The notes below the pieces were generated by a model that was not told the origin of the DNA, made no database searches, and worked only from the letters and a program-made list of their open reading frames with translations. From the human T2T-CHM13v2.0 reference genome, Homo sapiens, in the NCBI RefSeq assembly GCF_009914755.1, contig NC_060930.1: DNA of 64,000 nucleotides. One strand, given 5' to 3'. Positions 14,540 to 28,580 of the stretch are shown piece after piece. A program made the translations under genes and the position numbers. The first letter of the stretch is position 1. Every line of letters begins with the position of its first letter.

Positions 14540-15520
14540 TGCCGGGACCTGGAGGGTGGGTCTTGGCAGTATTTTTGAGCGCGGTGGGCACACAAGGGGA
14601 CGCTCAGTTGATATCCAGAGAATGATGAGCCCGGCGGGTGTTGAGGCCGACTGGAGAGAGGTTGGTCGGCAGGGTTCTGGGAAGGCGGTGCTCGGCCTCC
14701 GTGTGACCGCAGGCTCCTCGCCCGCGTCCTCGAGGGTCCCAGGGATGCAGGACCTGCCGCAGCTTCCGCAGCCACACCCACGCTCAGAGACGGCTTCCAG
14801 CGTCCTCGCCGCGGCAACGCACCGGACTGCAAATGTCACCAGCGCAGCGGGGATTCCCGGGGGAAGTCCAGCGCGCTCCCTGCCCTGGGGACCAGAGGAC
14901 GAGCGGAGGAAGTGTCTTGGGCGGCAAACATCCCACTCCCCGCGCCGGTCCGCGCAGCCCGCGGGAACGCCCCTGGGCTTGCGGGAGGGGCTGGAGCGCG
15001 TCCCCGGCTCCGGGCGGTCCCGAGCGCATGGACTCTGGGTGGGGCGGGAACCCGCGCTCTGTGAGCCGGCTGCCGCCGCGCCCCGGCGCTGTCATCCCGG
15101 GGCGGGGCCTGGTCCCCAGCTGTGGTCGCTTCCTAAGCGGCGGGGGCTGAGCCGGCGGCGCCCAGATGCGGCCGCGGCGGCGCGGAGCTCGGGCGGCCGT
15201 GGAGGAACTCAGCCTCGGCCGCAGGAGGCGCCGGGAGCGGAGCCGCCGGGAGTCGCGCAACAGGTTTCCTTCTCCATCGCTGCGCCCACAGGGGACGCGC
15301 GCCCTGCCGGGAGAGGGGCTTCTCGGTTCGCACTCTCGCTCCCAGTCCAGGTTTGTTTTTCTCTTCCTGAGCCCCCATTTCTCTTCCTGACTATTTTCCC
15401 CGTGCGCGGAGAGATCGGGGAGGGCGGGTCGGGGCGGGGGCACTGTCTAGGCTCGGGACCCGCGGCTGTGCCTTAGGTGGGATTTTGGATCTGGCGCAGG
15501 TCCTCACGCCGCCTCTGGGC
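14540..15520. promoter_or_regulatory. CpG-island promoter of STX11
   Basis: Dense CpG and very high GC; GC boxes (GGGGCGGG at ~15041, ~15099, ~15431); kB-like GGGGATTCCC at 14849-14858; no TATA box. Confidence 0.92.
15164..15350 (+). other. STX11: STX11 exon 1 (non-coding 5'UTR exon); 5' end approximate
   Basis: Lies inside the CpG island and ends at donor CAG|GTTTGT (GT at 15351). Joined to the acceptor at 51250 it gives ...CCAGTCCAG|GCAAAATGAAAGAC. The TSS cannot be fixed from sequence alone. Confidence 0.85.
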
Positions 15521-17272
15521 ACCTTCGGAAACACAGCATTGGGTTTCTCATATAAAGCAGAATGATTTTTTAAAATTACTTTTAATTTCAGAGGCTGAGG
15601 GACTTAGGATTTAGTGCTTCGTAAGAATTATTTTAGGGATACCTGTTGGTAGGCTGCCTTTATAAAGTGTCCACCCAAGACTACTTTTATTTTAAATCGA
15701 AAGGCTGGAGTGTTTTTTTATTATCACCTCTTCACTTCCTAGTAGGGTGACTGTGTCAAAAACACCAGAATGGGTACTTCTTGACTTGAACTTGGCGGTG
15801 TCACTCAGTAGCCAGGAAAGACGGAGAAATTGATAGAGCCTTCGAGGAGTCCCTTCGAAGCCCACGTAAGACTTTGTTTTAGAAACATGGAGAGAAGTAG
15901 TGGCAATGCCTGCGAGAGCCACGCCGTCCTGAGAGGGAATTCTGCCTTTTTCTAGACTCCGCTGACACCAGCTGAGATCTGTATTACTTCCTGTGGTTCT
16001 CACGCACTTGTTTCAGCCGTTTCTCAGCAGAGGGAGGAGCTGTTATTTACAGGTATCCAAAAATGAGTCACAGGGCTGCTCTCTTAATTGTGAGACTTTG
16101 TTAATGAACTTTTGAAAAGCGAGGCTTGCTTTAAAATGAGACTCTAGATGTGAAATGCCTGCCCTGCCAACCTGGGGCAGTGGTATGGGAAGTGACGATT
16201 GAGTTTTCAGTTTCCTAAGGCGCCTGATGTTACAACATGCCAGTAAAGGTCACTGGGCTGATCTAAGATAACCATTGAAATCATGTGCTTTGCCACAGAT
16301 GCCCAAGAGAAAATTAATTTCATTATTCAATGACCATTTTGCTGTCATTTTCACTGCATGGGAGAAAGGTATCATTTAATGTGGTGATTGTAAGTAACTC
16401 TCTAAAATCAAAATATTTCAGACAGTTTGTGTTTACTAAATTGGTGCTAAAACCACATGATGATTTTTGAAGCGGGTGGGTCCCAGCGGGAGCAGAGAAA
16501 TTTAAAAGTTGAAGCTGACAAGTCCTATTGCGGTGGGTAACAGCCCTTAGGAAGGGACTGCACACTATCTCAACACGGTAGAGAAGGGGACACCATCTCT
16601 ACTGGAGCTGAGTTGAGCTGAATTCAGCCTCAAACAACAGTTACCAGGTACCTTCTCTGTGCCAGCCTCTTCCCTGAACCTTGCTTGTACAACCATGAAT
16701 AATAGGATCCTGCCGGCAAGGTACTAGGGTAAATCTATACCCAGAGTGAAGTTTCTGTGCCAATATAACTCAATATGCTGGGTCCCAGTGTATTTAAAGA
16801 GTAGACTCAGCAGATTATCACCCCTAGATAATTGCGGTCACGATTAGTTGATAGTGTGACTTTTAAGAAATAGTGTGACTAATTAATAGTTTATTTAAAT
16901 ATGCTGGAAAATTCAATATAATGAGATAGGTGCTAGGGTAAATCTATACCCAGAGAAAAGTTTCTGTCCCAATATGACTGATGTTTCTGAAGATCTGGGA
17001 TTTGGAATGGACTGGGTCATGGCTGGAAGAGCAAGGAAACTTTTGAGTTTAGTCATTTACTTGTCTTTGTAGGCAGCCTATTCTTCATTTGATACATGAT
17101 TTAAAAATGTATGAATTTGAAAGGTATGGTTTTTAAAGTGCTTGAATGAACCATGTTTCATGTTATTTAATAACCATGTAAAACGAAATTCAGCTGATTA
17201 TCACCCCTGGACAATTGCAGTCACCTTTAGTTAACAGCATGACTTTTAGGAAATGGTGTGACTAATTAATAG

Positions 17273-17689
<417 letters not shown>

Positions 17690-20580
17690 TAAATCTACCG
17701 TATCACAGTTTACTGTTGCAATTGAAATCTGCTGAGATGCTTTTGAACTGGATGCCCAAGTATCAAGGTTTCCAAGTTTCCCCAGTTTGCTAAGATATCC
17801 AACTGGTAAAGGCAACAATGCTAAATTTCAGACAACTTTACCTTAATTTCCAAACTTTATTCCTCCTTTGAGAGCCCTAAAGTTACTTTTTCTATGAGAA
17901 AGAAAGGGTCGAGTTTGTCATTCAGCATTGTACTCCCTGAACTTGGCCCAGGCTTGTCTCATGATAAGTGTTAGAAAGTGTTTATTGATGGAATAATGAA
18001 CCTTCACGTAGGAGGATGAATTGTCAGGCAAGTGGAATTGTCTGCTGTAGGTGACCCAGCAGAAGGAACAGCACCCATAGAGAAGTGAAACAGCACTGGA
18101 CGTTCAGGAAACTCCAGCCTGTTTAGTGACGGCACAGAGGGAGGCCTACGGAGACAGGAAGGGCCAGATCACAAAGGCCCCATGAGGGTTTAATAGTACT
18201 GAAGCCTTTGAACAAGTGAATGATATTGTCAGGTATGTGTTTAAAAAATAATAACAAAACTTGGAATTTTAAAAATCTTAGATTAGATGAGAGTGACATT
18301 GACCCTAGGAAGACACCGTGGAAACTGTTGTCATATTGCAGATGGGACATTGAAGAAGGCCTGAATCGGGCAGTGACAATGCAGATGGGAAAAGAGGGAA
18401 GGGGCTGGTAGAGGTTTAATAGGTGGAACCCTGTCGGGTGTGTGTAATGAGGAGGTAGGAGCAGTTGAGATGACTCCCATGTTTCTAATGAATGACTAGG
18501 ATAAGAATATCCTACTCGGTGGAAGAATAGGTTTGGGCTAAAGGGTGGTGAGGAGCTCACACAGTACTTGGCACATAATCAGTGCTCATTAAGATTTTTC
18601 AAATGAATGCTAGTAATAGCTAAAATTTATTGAGTGCTTATTAAGGGCCATGTACTATCCTAGACTCACTATGTGCGTTAAGCCTTTTACTCGTCAGTAC
18701 AATCCTGTGAGATAGGTACTCAAATTAACTGCTTTGACTGGTGAAGAAAGTGCAGTGTTAGTAACTGACAGAGCCAGAAATGGATCCCAAGCACTTGGTT
18801 CCAGAGCTTGCATTCTGAAGCACCCTGCTGTGATGTGCTGTCTTGATGAATGAATCAATGAGGTTTTGGACTTTGTGGTAAGCTCAGGTTGAAGTCACTC
18901 TCCTGCCCCTAACAATTCTTCCTTATCCAAGAATGGCCTTGATGCATAAGATGGGCCTTCAGTGTCCCTACTGTGCTACATGACATCCCACCCCCTACCT
19001 TCACTCCAAGAAATACCTGATTCATCTAGGAAGAAACCTGGAATAATCAGACATTTTTATCCTGGGAATTGAAACATCTTAATGGAGACTCACAGTGTCT
19101 GAAGGTTCCAAGTGCTTCAATCATTGTGTCTACAGAGCTGCCTTGGTTACCACCCCTCCTAAACACTGAATGCTCAACTTTTCATATTTCTCAGATGCAC
19201 TCAATGTTTTGTTGCTAAGATTTTCCATAGGGAAGCAGAAAGGCTAGCAAGGGAGGCATTAATCTACAGAGCAGGGTCAAATGGTGGAAGAACCACTAAC
19301 AAATGCAGACAGGTACATAACAACTCCAGATATTACATTCCTGACTTGTGATCTGCCTTTTGAATCCTATTTTGTTCTAGTTTTACCCTGAAGCAGGCGC
19401 CTTACCTGCCTCTAACTTCCAGAATTTTATTAAGTGAGTCTGGTCCTGCTGTGTCTCCTGTCCTCTTGATTTTAACTTGGCAAAATGATTCAAGTATCTT
19501 GCATTCAGAACTTGCTTTCCATTTGGGGCACCAGGGTAGATTCTTTTGTCTGAACAGCAGTATTTTGACCAACAACCCTGTCCACCCGCCCCCACCGCCT
19601 CCAAAAAAATGATCCCAACTCTTAACTGTTCTCATTGTTGATAATTCAACCTACCCTGACTTGGATTAATATCCTGATTTTTGTTCAGCAATCAGGGACT
19701 AAGAATTGATCTAGGAAGAAACTGGAATAATCAGACCTTTTCTCCTGGGAATTTACATTTTAATGGAGACTGTCTGAAGATTCCCAGAGCTTCAACCATT
19801 GTGTCCACAAAGCTGCCTTGGTTATCTTTTCCTCAAAGACCTCGACTTTGGACCATGTAAGGTTTAAAACGCCCAATTAATGTTGTACCCAAACTGAATC
19901 AGCAAACTCACTTATTGAAGCTTTAAAATGTTCAAATGTCCACTTTGGGAGGCTGAGGCAGGAGGATTGCTTGAGCCTGGGGGCAGCGGCAGGGGCGGGG
20001 GAGAATGTTCAAATGTCTAAAGCTTGAAGTTTTAAAATAGTTTCTCCACACATGCATTGAATGTTTTGTTCAGCATTTCTTCAGATTCATTGGGAAATCA
20101 ACATATTTATAGTTGCCCATGAAATGAGAGTGACATGAAGCCTCGCAGGGTAATAGAGCCCACATGTCTACCCCTTGGCCTGAGCTTTTATGTGCCTGCC
20201 TATAATTCATTCAGTGCTCAGATCACAAGAAAGGGAAGGGTTTTGGCTAATATTTCATATCGGTTTGTCTTGGCTGTTCAATTCAACTGTGGTTTCCCTG
20301 AGAGAAGAGAATAGCTAGAGTTGGGGGCTCTGTTAAGCCACCTCTAAGGCTCCTCCCCGTCCTAATAACCATTCTGTGTCTTTTACTAATAATGAAACCA
20401 TCTGTCAGAGTAAGTCATTTCTTGGCCACTCCTTCTGAGTTTATGGATACCAGACATTATCTGTGTATTTCATTCAACTTCTTTGTAAGGCTCAGTAATT
20501 GGGTAATTTTTAGAATGATGTAGAGTTGTAGAATTGGTAATTTTCAGTTGCCCTTCTTGAGCTAATTAAATGTGTTTTAA

Positions 20581-21015
<435 letters not shown>

Positions 21016-23111
21016 TAGGACATCACAATAATCCAGAAAATACTAAGTCATCTAGAAAAGTATTTCCCATTTTGTATACTTGTTTTACTTGTTTCCCTGT
21101 TCAAAGTTGCAAAGAGATATTCCATTACTCCTTGCATAACTTATTGTGTAATAAGGTCAATTTCAGCTTTTCAGAATAGTGAAATAGCTCTGTTTTTATC
21201 TTCCTATGGAAACAGTAAGCAAGTAGTTCTGTCTTCGGTTTCAGTTTCAGGATTGCAGCAATCTCTTTTCACGGTTATATTTCTAATTTTCTATTATGTT
21301 CTTTGTTATGTTGATTAGTGACCCAAATCTGTTGATTTGAGATAAGTAGGACATAGTGTATTAGCTAAATTCTGTAATAATACAACATTTCCCACCTCCT
21401 CCTCCCCTCTTCCTTGACTACTGCATGGTAAACCAACATATAATGATATTCAGCTGATAATATTATTTAGCTGTTTATTGTTTATGAAGTACTGTCATAT
21501 ATATTATTTCTGTTAATTCTCATAACAGCCAGAAAGAATGGAAAAATAAGGATTCATTGTTGCTGTTGCCATTATCCACATTTTATAGATAAGGTGGGAA
21601 ACACCTGGAGAGATTAAGTGACCACCCAAGATTGCCCAAGAAGTTAAATGCAGAGGCCTGCTACATGATGCTGTCAGGACTTGACTGAAAGGCGCAAGTT
21701 CAGTGTCTCAGGTCAAGTTGCCAGGAAACAGACCCTGAGACTCTGAGATTTCCATACAGGAGGTTTTTATTGGGAAGTGCTCTGGGCACAATACACAGTA
21801 GGAGAGAGGGAAACGGGATTGCACAGGGGGAGAGACTGAACTGTGGGGCATGCACAACAGCGGCCTCAACAGGGAGGAGCTTGGAAGCTGGGATTGTTGT
21901 TCAGAATTGTTCTGCCTCCTGAGGCAAGAGGCTCAGCATTTGTACCTACATCAACTAATCATTGGATGCAGGCAGCAGCTCCCTTCAGTCCAGGGCAATT
22001 TCTGGAACTGGGAGCCTTCAGCAGCCAACCTTCCTAGTACCTGGGGGACTGAGGATCTTGGTCCAGAAGGGGATCTGGATACCACATCATTTACTACATT
22101 TGTAGCCAAGAGAGCATTCTCCTCTGCAACAGCCTTGTTTGTGTCTGATGGCCCAGACCATCACCTTGCAGAGTGGAGCCCAGAAAGTTGTCATTTTTTT
22201 CCAAGGCCCTTAAGGATTTTAGAATAGTTGACCAGAGAGCAAGAAGACAAAGTAGTCTTAATCCTAAGAAGATTAGGAGCAGAAGAGCCAGGGAGAGTAG
22301 GCCGTGGTGAGGGCAGTAGTGGTGTTTAACAAAGAAGGCTAAACTCTGGCACCCAGAGTGGCTAAACTCAGCCACCCAAACAGCTGTGGCTATCCAGACC
22401 CAGAACAAAAGCATAACACACACCAGTCCTTGCTGTAATGCTAGGCTTTAACATTGTTAAATGTTGAACAATTTTGTGATATTAGGGTTCCCCCCGCTCT
22501 CTCTCTCGCTCTCTCTTTCAAGCCCTTGAAAGTCCTCAAACCAGTCCAGTGTGTAGTCTGTAGATTATAACCTTCAGAATTACCAAAGATATTTCAGTAC
22601 AAAAAAAAAACAGGGGAAAAACAAAAAAAAAAGAAAAGAGAAATAAAAGTCCAGGGCCCCATTCTAGATCCACTGGAATAGAATCCAGGGGTGGAACCCA
22701 TGAATTGACATTTTCAACACATTTTCCCCAGAAGATTTTGATACATGCTATAGTTTGAGAACCTTCACCCTAAACTCTTATGCCTTTCGTGGTGACCAAC
22801 TCTATTGAGATTTTTTCAGATTATCCAGAAGTCATGGGAACCGTGGGACAGCAGAGGAGCACCGGAGCCTTAGTCCCAGCAGGCCTGGTATAGTGAGAGT
22901 CATCCCTTGCTTTTCATTTAAATTCTTGATGTGGCCAACAGACAGCACAGCCCAAATTCCTTTGCTGGCTTCTGACCAAGATTGCAAGAGGGAGAGTGGT
23001 GTCCCTGGCTTGGCCTTATACTGTCTTAGATAGCAGAGTGAGAGATGCCAAATTTTTTGAATAGTTGCAGATGGGGGATGGGAATCAGTGAACTTAGAGG
23101 AATCAGTAAAC

Positions 23112-23391
23112 TTTCTAGGAGAATAAGAAGGTTTCAGGATATCTTATGCCAGAGGAAGCTTTGAGGTGCTTTTTTTTAAACTTTAATAATTGTCTAATAA
23201 GATCAGAGATAACTTACAGGATAATGTTAAGCATTCATAAATGTAGGATGGATTTCTAGGAGAATAAGAAGGTTTTAGGATATCTTATGCCAGAGGAAGC
23301 TTTGAGGTGCTTTCTTAAAACTTTAATAATTGTCTAATGAGATCAGAGATAACTTACAGGAGAATGTTAAGCATTCATAAATGTAGGATGG
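23112..23391 (+). repeat. Tandem duplication, two ~140-bp units
   Basis: TTTCTAGGAGAATAAGAAGG...CATAAATGTAGGATGG at 23112-23251 and 23253-23391, with only a few differences. Confidence 0.95.
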
Positions 23392-24146
23392 TATATTATC
23401 TGATTCACTGACATTGGCAATGATTTTTTCTTCAAAGGGAAAAGCACTTTTAAGCCTACCAATTTTTACTCCTGAAACACCAAATTGCTGTGTTTCTTAC
23501 ACTTTCCAGGCTTCATGCCTTTGCTGAAGTTGTCTGTGCCTGGGTCCCTTTCCCTTCTCCCTACCAAGCTAACTCCTTTTAAACCTTTTAGGATCAGCTC
23601 AGACACCACCTTCCCTGCCCTGTGGCCAGACTGACTTCTCAAAGTATTCCCATAGATCCCTCTATTATGGCATTTATTATCATTATTCTCTCTAACAGCC
23701 TGTAAGAGCAAGAACAGTCTTTTTCATTTTTGTGTATGAGAGACCTAGCCTCATCAAAAATGAGTGAAAAAAATAACGATTCTGGTGAGCGTATTTATTC
23801 AACAACTATTTATCGAGGCTTTCCTATATGCCGGGTGCTCTGGAGTAAATGGTGCAGACACAACAGGTACAGCTCCTGACCCTATGAAGCTTATGGGCAA
23901 GCAGAGAAGATAAGTAACAATTGAATATGTTATCAAACAACTACCAATAAAATATGGTGAGTACCAGAAAAAGCGAAGTGAAATTATAGAGCTGGAAACC
24001 CAGCCTAGTCTAAGGTCAGAGGAAGTGTCTCATTTTCCTGAAATATAAGTTATATCAAAATAGAAGTTACGGATTTGGCTTTGGTTACAAGAGACTACTT
24101 TTTAACAAAGGAAGATCTTTTGGTTGAGCTAGTTCAAAATTGACTC

Positions 24147-24165
24147 TGTGTGTGTGTGTGTGTGT
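24147..24165. repeat. (TG)n microsatellite
   Basis: Direct reading. Confidence 0.9.
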
Positions 24166-24649
24166 CCGTCCAGTATGTGGAAAAAGACAGTACAGGAAAA
24201 TGACGCCTTCATTTAATGAGGTAAAATAGGTAACAAGGAACGGAGAGGGAAGTTTCTGTGTGTCTCATTCAATGCACCATTACTAGAAGTTACTTTGTTA
24301 ATATTTTAATATGTAATATACAGTGGAAGAAAATAAATGTAAAGCTCTGAAAATCATGAACTTACATCACAGCCTTTTAAAAATTAATCTCAAGGATCTG
24401 ATTACTACGGCCTAGGAGGGTGCTTGACAGATTTGCTTTTGGGTCTTGTTGGAGACAGTGGGTGAAGTGCATTGCCCCAGAAGTCCATGCCCACTGAGGT
24501 TTCTCATCTTTCCAGGTCACTTTTGATGCCCTGGGTGAAGAGGCCACAACCCCAGTGTTGCAATTTGCAACCTCCACCCAGCTTGGTGGCTCATGCTGGG
24601 TCCTTTTTCTCCTTTTCTGGCCAGTTCTTGTTTTTTAAAAAAATATTAT

Positions 24650-24933
24650 GATTTTTGAGAGACTCTGTCGCCCAGGCTGGAATGAAATGGCACAATCTCT
24701 GCTCACAGTAACCTCCGCCTCCCGGGTTCAAGTGATTCTCCTGCCTCAGCTTCCTAAGTAGCTAGGACTACAGGTGTGCACCACCACACCCAGCTAATTT
24801 TTGTATTTTTTTAGTAGAGACGGGGTTTCACTATATTTGGCCAGGCTGGTCTCGAACTCCTGACCTCAGGTGAACCGCCTGCCTCAGCCTACCAAAGTGC
24901 TGGGATTACAGGAGTGAGCCACTGTGCCTGGCC
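24650..24933 (-). mobile_element. Alu (AluS-like)
   Basis: Antisense Alu body. Confidence 0.9.
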
Positions 24934-25989
24934 TTTTTAAAAATTATTTTTGTACCTCCTTATTTCTCCCCATAAATTGTAAGCTTAGGGTAAGGTTTGA
25001 GACTTCCTGATTTTTAACTTTTGAAGCTTTGCAGCTCTTCTGCTGCAATTTATTTACATTTATTATATTCAATAGATAAAGGACCTTAAGTTTAATATAT
25101 AAGTTAACAGGCAAATCTTGGGTTGAAAAAGTACCAGATTCGTTCTCTAGTAAGAACCTATTTCTTGTTTAACCTGACATCACAAAGCAAATAGGCCAAG
25201 TGCTAACATGTGCATATTTAACCTATGAACCTCTACATTAAGTACTAAGAATACCAACCATTTGGCTGATTGCAGGGAGGGAGGGATTAATTCACCATAA
25301 AGCAGCACTTACTAGATGTAGGTGGAGTTATGTAATCCTCTGCTGTGTCCCATTCAAGTGGATAAACATATCCACACCATTCAGCATCTTGACCACAAAG
25401 ACACCAAAAAAACTGGAACTATAAATTATAGTGCAAGTGAACATTTAACTCAGGCTTGAAGTATGACTTCAAGTGAATGGATGTGTGAGGTCCTGTGATG
25501 ACGACCATTTGCCATGTATTTTCATATCTTTCCTCACCCCCTTTGGCATATTCCTTGGTTTATCTCAAGTATAACTTGATTCATGTTCTCATTTTTTGTC
25601 TTGCTTTTACCATAAATATTATATAAAAGGAGCATATGAATGGTAAAGAAATAATTCTAGACATCTGTTCTTGCACTTTTCATTTTGTATAGGTTGAACT
25701 TGGTTCATTGCTGAAGTGTAGGTAATGATTTTAGCCACGGTAAATCCAGTTGAATACTTAATTAACTGTAAATGAGCTCCATTTATTATATTTTCATGAA
25801 GAATTTGAATTTTTAAATAAGAAGCAATGATGGCAGAATGGAGTATTTTCTCTTTTTGAAAGTAAACTCGTTAGAGGATGAAACGTATTCCTTAAGGAAT
25901 CAAAATTATAATAGTGTCACTTCATCTGAAAACATTAACAGTTAGTGGAGGAAAATCCTGTTTAGTCAGCATATTTTTGGATTCTTTAA

Positions 25990-26314
<325 letters not shown>

Positions 26315-27917
26315 TAACTGCCTTTTGCTGGAACTTCAAGTGCTATGGATAGTTTGTATTTCTGTTGACATCTAGATACGTGCACCCACCACTGTTAACA
26401 GCAGCACAAACACAATACATATTTTCATTCGTAGGATGTTTTCTCTCTGAAATTCCTATTATTTGGAATTTGAATGTAAGGGGCTGGACCTCTAAGCTCC
26501 TTATCTTTACTCTGTTATTTTTTCAACTCTTTTTTCTTTCTTTCTCTTTATAGAAAAAGATCTTCTATTTTTCTGCCTGTAAGATATAGCTCAGTGTGCT
26601 GGTAAGTAGGTGAAGGAGGAGGGTTTGAAGGTGCAACATTCCATGTAAAAATATTCACTGAATCCTCCTCTTTTCAGTTGGCTACCTCTACCGCACTCTA
26701 GATTCTCTTTTACCCTGTTCAGAGTCTAATCTGTCATCTGTCTACTCTTCTGCCAGGGTGGAACAGAGGATGGAGGGCCCTCCCACTTCTTTAAAAAGCT
26801 TCTGACCAAACCCAACTTGTTATTACCCCACCATCACGCCCTTTCCCGTAGATACTCGGCCTTTTATTATGAGTTCTGAGTCTTTAGAAATTTATTTGAT
26901 GGTGTAACTTCGGTTGCTTCTTGGACTTCTCCATTGTTCACTGAGGATTTAACTTTCTTAAATCTACTAGACCAATTATCATTTATCCATTTGCTTCATA
27001 ATTTCCAACATTGTGTTGCTGTTTTCTTCTCTCTTATTCTTTATCCTAGTTGGCTTATGCCTTTAGAAAGTTCCTTTAGTGGAGTTTTGGAAGGGAGCAA
27101 AAGTAATGTTCAATTTGCTATTTTATCCAGAATGTGGAAGGCGTCTTCAAAAATGCAAATATGCTTTCTTGATGGAGCAGTATATTAAGCTATTAGCACT
27201 TACAAGCAGATACATTCATCAGAACAGTTGTTTACTGCCCTAAAACATAGAGGATGGATCATAGGCATGGGATGTTTTGATGGACAAATTTGAATTTGGA
27301 TAGGGGATGGGAAAGGTTGAGGGACATCTCTGGTTGGAGGGCATCTCCAGAAGAAAGGCAGGATAAGGTGGTTTGCCATGGTGGAGTTTGTGTAGGCCAA
27401 GACAGGCTAAGAGCAGTAAGTAAAAAATTACTCAACTATCATTTATAAATCTTCTTGTTGATATTCATAGAAAGTGTGTATGTTTACCAACATGAGTGAC
27501 AACATAAGTATTATCTAAGAAAATACCTGCATTTGTTGGGAATTCATTCACTGTGTGTAAATACCTTTTGAGGTTCATTGTCTTATTCTAGTTTGCTCAG
27601 TGCTAGGAGTCCCATACAGGCTTATTCGATTCTGCATCCTTATTTAAACACTAAGCTATTCTTTGTGTCGTAGTTGAAACCAGTGATTGAAATTAATAAA
27701 TTCATTGTAAATACATAGAAAACTGAAGATGAATTTCTCCCACGATCTTCATAGTTCCGTCTTTAAATGTGTTGTGAACCTCTGTCAGATAGTCGATAAT
27801 GGGGAAGTTGCGTAAGTCAGTTTTGGTTTCAACTGTGTCTACATTTAAAATATCTCATCAGTCTTACCTTCTGTCAAATTTATAACATTTTAATTTATTT
27901 TTTTAAAAATGCTTTAT

Positions 27918-28580
27918 GGGCTAGGCGTCATGGCTTATGCCTGTAATTCCAGCACTTTGGGAGGCCAAGGCAGGAGGATTGCTTGAGCCCATGAGTTTGA
28001 GACTATCTTAGGCAGCATAGCGAGACCCCATCTCTACAAAAATTTTAAAACTTAGCCCATGGTGAGACACCATCTCTACAAAATTTTTTATTTTTAAAAT
28101 TTTTTTTTTAATTTTTGTTTTTTGAGACAGAGTCTTACTCTGTCATCCAGGCTGGAGTGCAGTGGCGCAATCTCAGCTCACTGCAACCTCTGCTTCCTGG
28201 GTTCAAGTGATTCTCCCTGCCTCTGCCTCCCAAGTAGCTGAGATAACAGGCACCTGCCACCACACCTGGCTAATTTTTGTATTTTTTTTCTTAGTAGAGA
28301 CAGGGTTTCTCCATGTTGGCCAGGCTGGTCTTGAACTCCTGACCTCAGGTGATGCACCCTCCTCAGCCTCCCAAAGTGCTGGTATTACAGGTGTGAGCCA
28401 CTGTGCCTGGCCCCAAAATTTAAAAATTAGCTGGGTGGTGGCACATGGCTTGTAGTCCCAGTACCCAGGAGGCTGAGGTGGGAGGATTGCTTGAGCCCAG
28501 TGGATGGAGGCTGCAGAAAGCTATGATTGTGCCACTGCACTCAAGCCTGGGTAACAGAGCAAGACCTTGTCTCTCTCTCT
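27918..28580 (+). mobile_element. Sense Alu split by a nested antisense Alu (~28085-28411)
   Basis: Left arm 27918-28060, full antisense Alu, right arm ~28412-28575. Confidence 0.88.

Noticed and set aside
14556-15476. 306-aa (+) and 219-aa (-) ORFs across the promoter
   Set aside because: Low-complexity R/G/P/A translations typical of CpG islands; the + ORF runs through the exon-1 donor.
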